Under the pieces are notes generated by a model, which searched no databases, was not told the DNA's origin, and was given only the letters and a program-made list of their open reading frames with translations. Positions 39,151 through 51,305 of a DNA stretch of 64,000 nt are shown here, piece after piece. Positions within the stretch are counted from its first letter, which is position 1. Each line of letters starts with the position of its first letter. Position numbers and translations under genes: made by a program. Location of the stretch: positions 22,198-86,197 of the forward strand of contig NW_003314319.1 in the NCBI RefSeq assembly GCF_000143415.4. Reading direction: 5' to 3'. The stretch comes from Selaginella moellendorffii (Eukaryota; Plantae; Lycopodiophyta).

Positions 39151-42100
39151 GCCTGAGAGGGTGAAAGCCCAAAGCATTCGTCTCCCAGACCCTGGGGGGT
39201 TTGGTGAGCTCCAAAAGTATAGTAGGGGGAGGACTGCAGTGGAGCCAGTTTGGCCAGGAAAGGCCAGTTTGGCCCAGGAAGGCCGGACCCAGTGTTGGGT
39301 GATGAGATGCCCACTGGGAAGTCCAAGACTAGAGTGAACACGGACAGACAAGCGGGGTAGCTTGGTGAAGTGTTCAAGAGCCGGCTCTAGTTCCCCCGGG
39401 AGATCGACTGGCCGATGCTCCCAGTCCAAGTGTGGGTGGCACTACCTACTTGGATACCAGGTGTGGCTCAACGGAACCTCGCTCTAAGCCCATGGCTAGA
39501 GCACCTAAAGGCGAAAGGCGGGGAGAGTACCCAGGTGGCTCACGTAAGGCCACGGTGTTCCGAAATGTTGTCCCAAAGGCCTAGACTGTGGAAAGGAAGA
39601 GGAGCAGTCCTCTGGGGTAGTGACCAAGGACACAGTCGTGTGGTGAGGAAGTCCCAGAGGACCATGGGACTTAGTGGTCGGGCCTGTGGGCCTCGATCCA
39701 GTGGCAGTGTTGGCAAACACGGCCAGGGGCAAAAAGGGACTTGGTAGGAATTGACAAAGGGACTTTGGGGAAGGCGATTCCCTAGGTCTGTGGGCATCCT
39801 AAGGATGCTAAGGAGTGGATCTAGGATGACCACTCGTGGACCGATAGCCCAGTCTTGGAGAGACGGGATGGTGATGCAAGTGGTATTGGACCACTAGTGC
39901 AGCAAAGGTGAATGGGCATGGCCTTAGCGTAACGGGCCGAGATGTCAGTGGTACCTTTGGGTGTCGGTCTTGGGACCGGACACGTGGAGCACTTGGACCA
40001 GGTGCAAGTGTTGAGTGGCATGGATGCCATTCTTGGGGCTAGCAAGTCCCAAGTCCTGAATTGGACTTAAGGAGGTTGTGAGTGAGACTCCTCGAAGTGG
40101 TCAAAGGTGTGGTTAAGTGACTAAAGTAGAATGGAAAAATTAGTCGCTTACATCCACCTCCGCAAGTCCCACCATTAAGTCAATGATGGAGCTGACTTCG
40201 TCTGCATGAGTGATCTCCTCGTTTGTGAAGTCCATCACACAAAAGATGTTCTTGACCTGCTCATCTCCGCGGGAAACGATGCTCCTCCACCTTTGATCCT
40301 CATCCGAATTCAAGTATACCCGGTAAGGTTCTCGATAGGCCTCTGCTGCGGGGTCGAGCTATTTCTGAAGCCGGCGGTAGACATCAATCTTAATGAAATT
40401 TGGATACTGATCCAACTTCTCAGCTTTACTTTTCATGGCATCCCGCAGCAGATCAATGAACTTGGGGGCCCCCTTCACGTACTCGTCGATGTCTTCATTT
40501 GACAACTCCAGCGCTTCCATCATCTCTTGCGTGGTGTCGATGCTCACCCTCTCCACGGCCACTTGCTCGAAGATCCAATCCTTCAATAGCGCACGAGCTC
40601 TCAGAGTCGTGCACAAGTCCTCATATGTCACAATATGGCCGGGAGTCAGTTTTGTCTTGTTGAAGACTACCTCACCACGTAGAAGAGCATTAGCCACTGT
40701 CAGAAGGTCGTCGTCGTCTAGAGACCGCGAGAAACGCAAGGCGTTGAGCTTCAAATCATTGGGCTTCTGGCCGTCCTCCACACCCATTGAGTTTGGCAAC
40801 TCCCCGTCATGGTACCTCCTCAGCACATCTACCCATTTGTCAAAAACAACTTTTGTCGCGAGTAGAATGTTATGGATGCTGAGTGTGTCATTGACCCCCA
40901 GTGTTTTCGAGAGAAGACTCGAGAATTCCTGCAATGGAAATGGCGTGAGGCCACATGCTATGCCACATGCAACGAGGCTTACCTGCCAGGCGCTAGTTGC
41001 TAGTGCACGTCCTTGTCCTGGTTTTTGTGGCTTCTTCAGTTGAACCCAGAGCTTCCGTGTTCGTGCCAATGTCTCGTGCAGACCTGATTTGTAGCACGTT
41101 TCTTGCTTGACATTCTGCGCGTGGGAGATGTATATAATAGATCGGAGGGGCGAGTTGCCTTTTATCAGGCGGACAACTCTTGTCTTGAAGACTTTCTTCA
41201 CCTCCTCGCCCACCATAATATCCACAACTATCTCTTGCATCGCCAAGCTAGAATGCTGCCCGGAGACGGCATAGAACCGGATGTTCTGATCGTCCAACAC
41301 CTTCCTATTGATCAAGTCTGGAAACCTCGTCTCGCCCTTCATTGTTCGGTAGTAAGGGATCACGTCTGCGATGTCGGGTGTTACTGGACTTGCCAGCATC
41401 TTCTGCTTCAATTTCTCCACCCACTCATCAGATACTAGCCTGTGGTTGTATTTGCTTTGGATGTCGATGTGGCTCACGTCGATTGTATATACTTTGTTGG
41501 AATAGTAACAAGTACTATTATCTGCGACGATTTTTGCTGCCTCTTCTTACTCTTTCTGCTCTTTGCGGCTCTTCTTTTTGGTGGGTGTAGTGTTCGAACC
41601 CGAGGCAATGGCATCACTGAGTAGCTTCTTTTTTGGAGCAGGAGAGTCGGACGTCGGCTTGAGCTTGACCACCCTTTTCTGCTTCGGGGTAGTTTCCAGA
41701 TCGACCCCCTTCCCCTTTGCTTCGCGAACTGGAGTCACTCTCAATGGCTCAATGTTGGAATATAGTTTTTGAACATCGCCGTAGGTGAGGTCCGTGGATT
41801 CCATGTGATCTTCATAGACCCGCAGCGTCTTTGAAATTGTGGGCCTCCTGGACAACCTCTCCCTAGCTCCCTCTAGGAATTCCTTATAGCCGCTGGCCCC
41901 CTCCGGGAAGCCGCTAGGATGTGCAAGGTGGATCTTGAAGGCAGACGCTGTCTCTACCACAAGTGCCAATCCATATTCTTGCATGGAACTGCATGGAGTG
42001 TCTGTCACTTGGATGAGGATCCCCATGCATTCTTTTCTCCCACCATCTGTGTTGTACAGCCTCAGATCCTTGCCTTCCATCCCAAAAGTCCAACTGGTGA

Positions 42101-43645
42101 GCTCCTCCCCCTTCTCTGCATCCACATTGACAGTGGCTGGAAGAAGAACGCAATTCCTCGCCTGTTCAGAAATGCACAACAATTAGAGCTGACAGAAGAA
42201 AAGCTAGCAGCTGGAAATAACGTGAGGCCACACGCCATTCACCACTGCATCAGATGTCTTGAGGCTGCATCCTAAGATGGCGTGAGGCTACACGCCATCT
42301 GTAACCGGACTGCACTCGAGAGCCCAATCGGTGCATGCCAATGTTGCTACTGAATGGCATGTGGCCTCATGCCATTTTCTACTTGGCCTAAAAGACTTAC
42401 CATTTGAAGCCGAATGGAGGCATGACAACCGGACTCGCTGGCGAATGTGCACTGTGTGTGCAGCGGATCGTAGCAGCAAGGCTACTCTGCCACTTACAGT
42501 TGGAGAGTGGCGCTGAAATCTCCCGGGACGCCAAGTGGGCTGCGTGTGGGTGGCGGAGTGGGCGGCGGAGTTGGCGGCGAAGTTACAAACTGGGTGTGTC
42601 TTGAAGTGGACGCCGATGCACACGAGCGCGATGCGAGCGCGAGTGTGATGCAAGCACGAGTGGACACCGATGCACACGAGAAACCTGTAGAGAAGTGGGA
42701 GCGCGAGTGGGAGCGCGATGCGAGCGCGAGTGTGCGAGCGCGAGTACGAAGCAAAATGCAAAACCTAACCTCACATGCGCCAAATGTCACGACGGTTGGT
42801 AATCCCGCCACGTCATCATTCCTCGGACTTGGGCGCCACCATTAATTTCTGGATCGGCGCGCGCATGCGTGAAATCCAAAAGAAATCCGCAACGTCATCA
42901 TTCCTCGGACTGCATGCACGCGAAATCCAAAAGAAAGATCATGATTGGGATATCATTTAATACCCTCGCTATATTTATACCATGCATGATTGGATATTCC
43001 AAAGCATCTTGTATTTCCAAAAATGCCAGATGTTCAGCTAAATAAATTGTCAGAAGATTTGATGTGACGTTCAAGCGTGTGGGCTCATGCAATTTTGATC
43101 CCAAAAAATGCACCAAAAAATGCTCGGCGTCATCTGGCGTTATCTCTTGAATGGCGTGGGGCCGCATGCCATTTTCAGAAGCACATAGGAGTATATTCCT
43201 AGAATATTCTGACACATGCGAGATTGTTTTGAGTTTCCTGGAGATCCAACCGTTAGATCGCAACTAGATTTTACAGAATGGTATACAATGTTCTTCTTGA
43301 TGACCCTGCAAAGAAGCATCTCGATCGGACACCACATGAGACCACACGAGCCTTACAATATTTCAGGGGCATTTGCCATAGATCCGACCGTTATTTTGCT
43401 CCAAGATTCTACAGTTTGGTGTGCATTGACCTTTCCATCGACACTGCAAAGGGACATCACAATCAGATGCGGGATCACAAGAAACCAACTTCACTAACTC
43501 TGGTTTCACCAAGATCTACGTAAGGAGTTATGAAATGAAAGGACCCTCTCTATTGAAATGTGTTTATGGTCCTAGGGGCATTGTGACATATCAAATGATT
43601 TTGCATCAAGTTCTGTATTTGCATGTTTATCAAGCTACTGAATTG

Positions 43646-43678
43646 CTAAACCCTAAACCCTAAACCCTAACCCTAAAC
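43646..43678 (+). repeat. Interstitial plant telomere-type (CCCTAAA)n / telo-box; also at ~52566-52588 and ~53425-53458
   Basis: ctaaaccctaaaccctaaaccctaaccctaaac lies between the two divergent transposon genes. Confidence 0.85.
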
Positions 43679-44963
43679 ATGTGGCAAATGCTGCGTGAAG
43701 AAAGATGCCCTTTCTGGGCAAATGCTGTAAGAGGCAGATTCCGAGCAGATGTATCTCAGACCAGCGAAGGGGACAAACGAAAGCTAGCTATAAACATGAC
43801 GGGATGCAAATAGATTACTAGGTTGGTCCTGCGAAAATCAAAAACCATAATTGAAAACATTGAAAATGCAAAAAGAAAGGTTTATAATATTTTTGAATTT
43901 TAAGCAACCAAATGAATGTAAGTAGGGCATGTGTTTGTAAGTTTAAAAATGCCTTAACCACTTAAATTCCCAAGTAAATAAAGCTGTTTCTATTTTTGGT
44001 ACAGGTAAACTTTATAGCGTGTGGGCTCATGCAATTTTGAACCCAAAAATGCACCAAAAAATGCTCGACTAGCATTATTCTTTGAATGGCGTGTGGCCTT
44101 ATATTGCCATAAATGGACGTACACACACAGCATAATTATTCCTTTACACGGCGAATAATCTTGGCGCGGATCACTGACATGGCATGGCAAAGTTTGAATC
44201 ATTGACATGGCACAGCTGGATCGAGGCAAGGACATGATGTGACAAAGTTCAACCTCCGACAGCAAAGTCTAGAAGCTACTCAGTTTGAAATTTGTCAGAG
44301 GAATCATAAGATCTGGTTTGTCAGAGGATTTGATGTGACGTTCAAGCGTGTGTTATTTTTGAATTCTCGAACTCATTCCTAGGTCTATCATTTTTGTGCG
44401 CCGTGTTCTTGGTTCCGCTGAGCGCAGTGAGCGCTGCTTGTGTAAGCGGCGTTGTGAGCTGTGGTTTATGTGTCTACAAGCGGTTGCGGCATTGCGAGCG
44501 CCATTGCGAGCGGCAGTTTATGCGAGTGGCAGTTTGTGCGAGCGGCGCTACAACCAGTTGCGGTGTTGCGAGCGGCGCTACGAGTAGTTGCGGTGTTGCG
44601 AGCGGCACTGTCTTTGGTGTGGCTACCGCTTCCTCTTGATATTCGGCACTTGTGCTTCCTGGTATGTTCACCATGGAATGGTTTAGGACCACATTTAGAA
44701 ATGGCATGAGGCCACATGCCATCTTGGGCCCTTGCAATTTCATGGCTAGCGTATTGTCATGTATGTTTTTACTTGCCTGCAGCTGTGTGTATATCAAGAT
44801 GGCATGAGGCCTCATGCCAATTTTGTGAATGCGAAATTTCACGTGGGTGTCAATAGCATATTTGAATAATGGCATGTGGCCTCATGCTATTTGGTATGTT
44901 ATGATTTAGGCCATTCTCCAATCATTTTTTGTATGGTCTTAACTTCTTTTCTGCACTTTCAGA

Positions 44964-47900
44964 ATGGCCTTCAGGGTTGGGGAAAAGGTTTACATTGTGA
45001 ATGGTGGGAAGAGAGTTGCAAAAGGGACCCTTGTGTCTATGGATCGGAACTTTGTTATACACTGTCAAAGGCTTGGGGAAGGCAATGCTGCTGTATCAGT
45101 AGAGACTGTCTTCGATGGGAATGTGGTCGCTATTGAACGAGGAGAGATGGTCGTCGGGGTAAATGTTGTTGTTGCCTTGAAAAATCTGCAGAAGAAAGCA
45201 GATGTTGGGGATAGCGCAAGTGCGACGCATGTTCCCTCCGTGGATTTTAAGAACTGTGCTACATGGATTCAGGCAAAGGTGTTTCTACACAACCCCGAGG
45301 GGGAGGTGGTAGCTGAGGGCTTAGCCACAGTTGTCGATCCAAGAGATGCGGTTGCTAATCAAGAATTGGGCTGGGATGATATTGGAGTTGCGATTTTAGA
45401 GGTTGTTGACACAGAAGAAAACAGTCTAACTATTGGAAGCATTGTGCGGTGGAAATTGAGGCATTTAGTGTTTGAGAATGTGAAGGATTCACAATCAAAC
45501 ACCACTACAACTGATGACAGAACATCTCTTCATGGGAAAAGAAAGTACACCCTTCCTACAGCGCAGCCAAAGGGATCTGAGCAACGAACCGAAAAGGCAG
45601 AAAATGGCGATGGAGGTTCGAATGGTCTCGACAGTTGCTTGTTGCAAGAGGAGGTGCTGTCAACATGCTGATTGGGATGCTATTGAAGAGGAGAGAGCAA
45701 GATACAAGACATTGTCCTGGAAGGCAGCTCGCAATTTTGTGTATGAGGCATTACGGTCATCTGTTGATGCTTCAGAACATCAGGTGGGGGGCATGGTCTT
45801 CCAGAGGGGTTTGGTCTGCATGAAGGCATGGAGAATCATTTATGGAGTCCCTCGAAGCACATTCTACAGAATCAAAACTGAGTTCGAGGAACAAAGGGTT
45901 CAACAGGCAGTCCATGGGAACGACGGTACGCACAAAACCAGGGGTCATGTTTTATATGGAGAGGCAATCTTCAAGAGGTTTGTCGAGACATGTAGCGAGC
46001 AGCAACCACATAAAACCCGCCTCTTGGAAGATGGAACACGAGACACCCAACGAGTTCTCCCTTCCATGTATACCAAGGGGGCCATATTGGAAGATGTGAA
46101 TCGGGAACTCCAGAGTAATGGCTACAGGAAGCTGAGCCAATCTAGATTTAGTAGATTGTGGAGCAACAGGTTCAGGGATGTGAGTATAGGAAAGTACTCC
46201 AGCTTTTCAAAGTGTGACGAGTGCACTGCTATCAAAATGGCTTTGTCGAAGAATTCTTGCAGCGCTCAAGAGCGAGAGACGTTGGTTAGAAGGCGGCTCG
46301 ACCACAACATCGAGCAGAGAAGCTGCAGGACTGCATATTATCATAACAGGATTCTCTCCATGGAGAGACCTGACTCTTACCTCTGCATCATCCACGACAA
46401 AATGGACCAGAAAAAGACGTGCTTACCTCGACTCAATCCTGCCCCCAAGGCAATCTCTTCATCCATGCAGCTGCCTGTGTCTCTGTTTGGCATAATCGCT
46501 CATGGGCATGGTGCCCAGAACTATGGGAACTTCTTTGTACCTCTATGGGGTGGCGGGGGTGCAAACATGATGATTGCGTCCCTAGCAAAACACTTAAGGT
46601 CTCTGCAAAGTGCGCAGACTGAGCTGAACGGCCAACCCTTGCATAAGGCCCTTGTCGATCGAACCCCATACAGGGTTCAGCTGGAGGAGGAGCAAAGGCT
46701 TGCAGTATCGCGTGGGGCCCCATGCCATCCCAGTGAATATGTTGGCCGTCAGATTGTAGGGTTATCACGTGAGGCCTCATGCCATTTCGACGAGGCTGGT
46801 CGCCTAGTGAATGCACAGCCTCATCCAAACGAAGCAGAATCTCAAGGAAGTTCTTGCGGCCGATGTGGCCTTCCACCCCATCTTCTGCTCCAAACAGACA
46901 ATGCTGGCAGTGAGAACAAAAACATGTACGTCTTCGCGTACTTGGCGATGCTTGTTGCCAAAGGCATATTTGAAACGGTTACACTTGGCTTTCTCATGGT
47001 TGGGCACACTCATGAAGACGTCGATGCCATGTTCAGTCACCTGGCAGAGTCCCTCCGGCGATCCAATGTCCTCACCCTCCCACAACTCTACGATGAATTC
47101 CAAAATTGCATCAAAGGCACTGTTGAAGCTGCACTTGTGACAGAGGTTCCAGACTTTAAGGGGTTTGTAAGAGGCTATATCAGGGACGGATCCGAAACGC
47201 TGATTGGCCACTCCAAGCCTCTTCAGTTTCATTTCAGCATGCGTGACGGTGCTCCAATGATGAGGTACAAGATGAGAGAATGGGACACACTGTGGCTGCC
47301 AGTGGACGGCATTGAACTCTTCAAGAGAGATCCCATAACTGGGGAACCTATGATTCCTTAGGGTTCCCCACGGCTGATGCATCCGGATGGACTCAAAGAC
47401 CAGGAAAGTATAGTGGCCGGGATTAGACAGCATATTGCCTTCTGGAAGAGGGGGTTGGTGTTTGGTGGAGAATCCTATTTTAAGAGGTGCAAGCCTTTGC
47501 TCGAATACTGGGAGAAGATTATATCTGCTATCCAAAATGGGCCGGTTGTATATGAAGAATTGGAAGAGTCCTTTTGGCCAGAACCCAGAGCACCAGATAG
47601 TAGCGGAACAATGTCCTCTGGAAATGCAGTGACAGATAACGATATTGAGGATCACTATTGTGGGCCGAGGAACAAGAAGCCGGATTCAGCATTCAATCTA
47701 GTACAGGTCTGCAAAGGAATGGTCATGCTTGTCAGACCCAGTAATAAAAAACAAATGATATGGGTGGGGCGCTGCATCACTGATGCAGAGGAGGACGCGG
47801 AAACTAACTCCTTCAATGTAACTGTGGAGTGGTTCAAGCCAAGTTCCGGATATACGAAGGATTGCCTAGAAAAGAGATGGGTGCTGAATCCAAGGGATCC

Positions 47901-48106
47901 CAGCATGAGCATATCGGTGGATAATGTTGTGCATGGTTGGATGCGGAAGCAGAGTGCCACCATCACCTTGCCAGACCATGCAAGAGATGCAGCAAGAGCA
48001 TTCATAACCCGGGTTCAAGGTGAGATTCATTAATATTCCTTTACTAAGTTTCTAATGTATTTTATTTCAAGGTGAACAATCCGAATCTGAATCAGAGGAG
48101 GCGTGA
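44964..48106 (+). pseudogene. Sola-like DDD transposase (~1000 aa reconstructed), with one frameshift and one nonsense codon
   Basis: Motifs CCKRRC..VCMKAW..HGN, FSKCDEC..H, CIIHDKMDQKK, LQTDNAGSENKN and FLMVGHTHEDVDAMFS. A +1 C at ~45551 relative to unit 2; in-frame TAG at 47359-47361; short last exon after an intron at ~48020-48071. Confidence 0.8.
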
Positions 48107-48726
48107 TGGCATGTGGCCCTTTGCACTAGTATATCTTAATACCGGTCTGAGAAATAGAATGGCATGTGCCCTCAGGCCTTTTACTAAATCACCTTTGAAA
48201 GAAATGCAAGCCTCTATGTCGTAAAAAAAAGGTACTAGAGAAATTCCTTAATAATATGAATGTTATTTAGTTTCATGAAAATACACTAAGGGTCAAATGA
48301 GTTAAATGACTTCTCCAAACTAGCAATGCCTCTTGCTACACCTTCACAATTAGATTCGTTAGAAAAAGATAACATTGAATAATATCTAAATGTTCTCACC
48401 ATTAAGTTATATGTCTGGCTAATAGGAATGACGTTCATCTTGGAAAGCTCACCACACGCTCAATGAACAAACAAATAGTGTGTGCGCGCATGCCATCGCT
48501 CTTCTTTAGCTTCAGATTCGGCTTGTTCACCTTGACAATGAGATTTACTATACAACCAGATGGACTTAGTCTGGACACAAAGTCACTGCGCTAGTCACCA
48601 TGCCCCAGATATGTCTAGCCTCTGGACAAAAAACATATAATTTCACGTCATTTTCAAATACTTGAAAATTTGTACCTAGTCCCATTTTACTGAATAAATC
48701 CCACTTTAACGAAATAGAGCTTTCAC

Positions 48727-51305
48727 CAGGTTCGCAGAGAAGATACTGTTTTTCTTTGGCAACTGTAATTATATGCTCCATTGAAGTCACCTCTTCAATG
48801 GAGTTTGTCACCGCAACACACGGGACACCCTTGAGTAGTGCGGCTCGAAAGAATAGTCCGCCGCAGTTGTACTCGACAACGCATTTGCCCTTGGAGTCGG
48901 AAGCAGATGACCCACCTGCTATTGCGTTGAAGACCCAGCTGAGCATTTCCCATGCTGCACCTAGAGCTTTCTCTGGATTCGAAAGCTCCATAGCCGTCTT
49001 CAGTTCCTCAGGCACGGGTAAATTGACCTCCCTCAGATCAATTCGATCGGCCTTGTTGAACGAAGCTGGGAAGTCACTCCAGTCCCACTCTGCTGCAGGA
49101 CCAATAACAAGGGCGAGTGTGAAGATGTGGACATTCGTCGGTATCTTCTTCTTAGCTATTATCCCATGGATCTCCCACATCTCCTTGCCTTTCAACCGAG
49201 CCTTCACCTCGTTCAAGGCCTTCCAGAACTTGTGATAGGATTCGGAGTCGTAGATCATATAGTGGACTGAAGATTCCACCTCCGCAAGTCCCACCATTAA
49301 GTCAATGATGGAGCTGACTTTGTCTGCATGAGTGATCTCCTCGTTTGTGAAGTCCATCACACAAAAGATGTTCTTGACTTGCTCATCTCCGCGGGAAACG
49401 ATGCTCCTCCACCTTTGATCCTCATCCGAATTCACGTATACCCGGTAAGGTTCTCGATAGGCCTCTGCTGTAGGGTCGAGCTGTTTCTAAAGCTGGCGGT
49501 CGACATCCCTCTTAATGAAATTTGGATACTGATCCAACTTCTCAGCTTTACTTTTCGTGGCATCCCGCAGCAGATCAATGAACTTGGGGGCCCCCTTCAC
49601 GTACTCGTCGATGTCTTCATTTGACAACTCCAGCTCTTCCATCATCTCTTGCGTGGTGTCGATGCTCACCCTCTCCACGGCCACTTGCTCGAAGATCCAA
49701 TCCTTCAATAGCGCACGAGCTCTCAGAGTCGTGCACAAGTCCTCGTATGTCACAATATGGCTGGGAGTCATTTTGGTCTTGTTGAAGACTACCTCACCAC
49801 GTAGAAGAGCATTAGCCACTATCAGAAGGTCGTCGTCATCTAGAGACCGCGAGAAACGCAAGGCGTTGAGCTTCAAATCATTGGGCTTCCGGCCGTCCTC
49901 CACACCCATTGAGTTTAGCAACTCCCCGTCATGGTACCTCCTCAGCACATCTACCCATTTGTCAAAAACAACTTTTGTCGCGAGTAGAATGTTATGGATG
50001 CTGAGTGTGTCATTGACCCCCAGTGTTTTCGAGAGAAGACTCGAGAATTCCCCTGCATGGATATGGCGTGAGGCCACATGCTATGCCACATGCAACGAGG
50101 CTTACCTGCTAGGCGCTAGTTGCTAGTGCACGTCCTTGTCCTGGTTTTTGTGGCTTCTTCAGTTGAACCCAGAGCTTCCGTGTTCGTGCCAATGTCTCGT
50201 GCAGACCCGATTTGTAGCACGTTTCTTGCTTGACATTCTGCGCGTGGGAGATGTATATGATAGATCGGAGGGGCGAGTTGCCTTTTATCAGGCGGACAAC
50301 TCTTGTCTTGAAGACTTTCTTCACCTCCTCACCCACCATAATATCCACAACTATCTCTTGCATCGCCAAGCTAGAATGCTGCCCGGAGACGGCATAGAAC
50401 CGGATGTTTTGATCGTCCAACACCTTTCTATTGATCAAGTCTGGAAACTTCGTCTCGCCCTTCATTGTTCGGTAGTAGGGGATCATGTCTGCGATGTCGG
50501 GTGTTACTGGACTTGCCAGCATCTTCTGCTTCAGTTTTTCCACCCACTCATCAGATACTAACCTGTGGTTTTATTTGCTTTGGATGTCGATGTGGCTCAC
50601 GTCGATTGTATATACTTTGTTGGAATAGTAACAAGTACTATTATCTGCGACGATTTTTGCTGCCTCTTCTTGCTCTTTTTGCTCTTTGCGGCTCTTCTTT
50701 TTGGTGGGTGTAGTGTTCGAACCCGAGGCAATGGCATCACCGAGTAGCTTCTTTTTTGGAGCAGGAGAGTCGGATGTCGGCTTGAGCTTGACCACCCTTT
50801 TCTGCTTCGGGGTAGTTTCCAGATCGACCCCCTTCCCCTTCGCTTCGCGAACTGGAGTCACTCTCAATGGCTCAATGTTGGAATATAGTTTTTGAACATC
50901 GCCGTAGGTGAGGTCCGTGGATTCCATGTGATCTTCATAGACCCGCAGCGTCTTTGAAATTGTGGGCCTCCTGGACAACCTCTCCCTAGCTCCTTCTAGG
51001 AATTCCTCATAGCCGCTGCCCCCCTCCGGGAAGCCGCTAGGATGTGCAAGGTGGATCTTGAAGGCGGACGCTGTCTCTACCACAAGTGCCAGTCCATATT
51101 CTTGCATGGAACTGCATGGAGTGTCTGTCACTTGGATGAGGATCCCCATGCATTCTTTTCTCCCACCATCTGTGTTGTACAGCCTTAGATCCTCGCCTTC
51201 CATCCCAAAAGTCCAACTGGTGAGCTCCTCCCCCTTCTCTGCATCCACATTGACAATGGCTGGAAGAAGAACGCAATTCCTCGCCTGTTCAGAAATGCAC
51301 AACAA
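48727..51305 (-). pseudogene. Second, 3'-truncated copy of the cargo gene (ParB-like + MTase-like part), no LTR insertion
   Basis: Near-identical to 32731-33283 + 40158-42182. Has its own stops at 50571, 50109 and 49487. Confidence 0.8.

Larger units (their letters stand above)
33284..40152 (+). mobile_element. Young non-autonomous LTR retroelement (LARD-like)
   Basis: TG..CA LTRs at 33284-34174 and 38237-40152. PBS tggtatcagagc at 34178-34189 (tRNA-Met); PPT ~38222-38236. TSD TCCAC at 33279-33283 and 40153-40157. Empty site gaagattccacctccgc in unit 2 (~49270-49286). No long internal ORF. Confidence 0.95.
30786..42182 (-). pseudogene. Multi-exon transposon cargo gene (unit 1): N-terminal domain, ParB/Srx-like, helical, MTase-like fold, acidic/Pro-rich repeats; disrupted by stops and an LTR insertion
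   Basis: Collinear ORFs 41547-42182, 40359-41477, 32750-33283, 31667-32134 and 30786-31424 with GT-AG introns. Stops at 41547, 40359 and 32750 are CAA/CAG in unit 2. Confidence 0.7.

Noticed and set aside
33301-39429. Long ORFs with SR, LG, ESEM and WSPR repeats (also 19539-19930 and 21178-21570)
   Set aside because: They are translations of stop-free LTR minisatellites, open in several frames on both strands.
42288-44875. Many 60-160 aa ORFs between the divergent transposon genes (and at 51411-54395)
   Set aside because: They derive from short GC-rich repeats and differ by indels between the two units.
44964-45500. Classifying the big element as CACTA/En-Spm because of the Tnp1-like domains
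   Set aside because: The termini are not CACTA/CACTG, the TSD is 4 bp rather than 3, and the catalytic motifs are not TnpD-like.
48566-48726. C-terminal extension of ORF 48566-49435 and tail of ORF 54811-55890
   Set aside because: Chance read-through across the TIR junction and the deletion junction, respectively.
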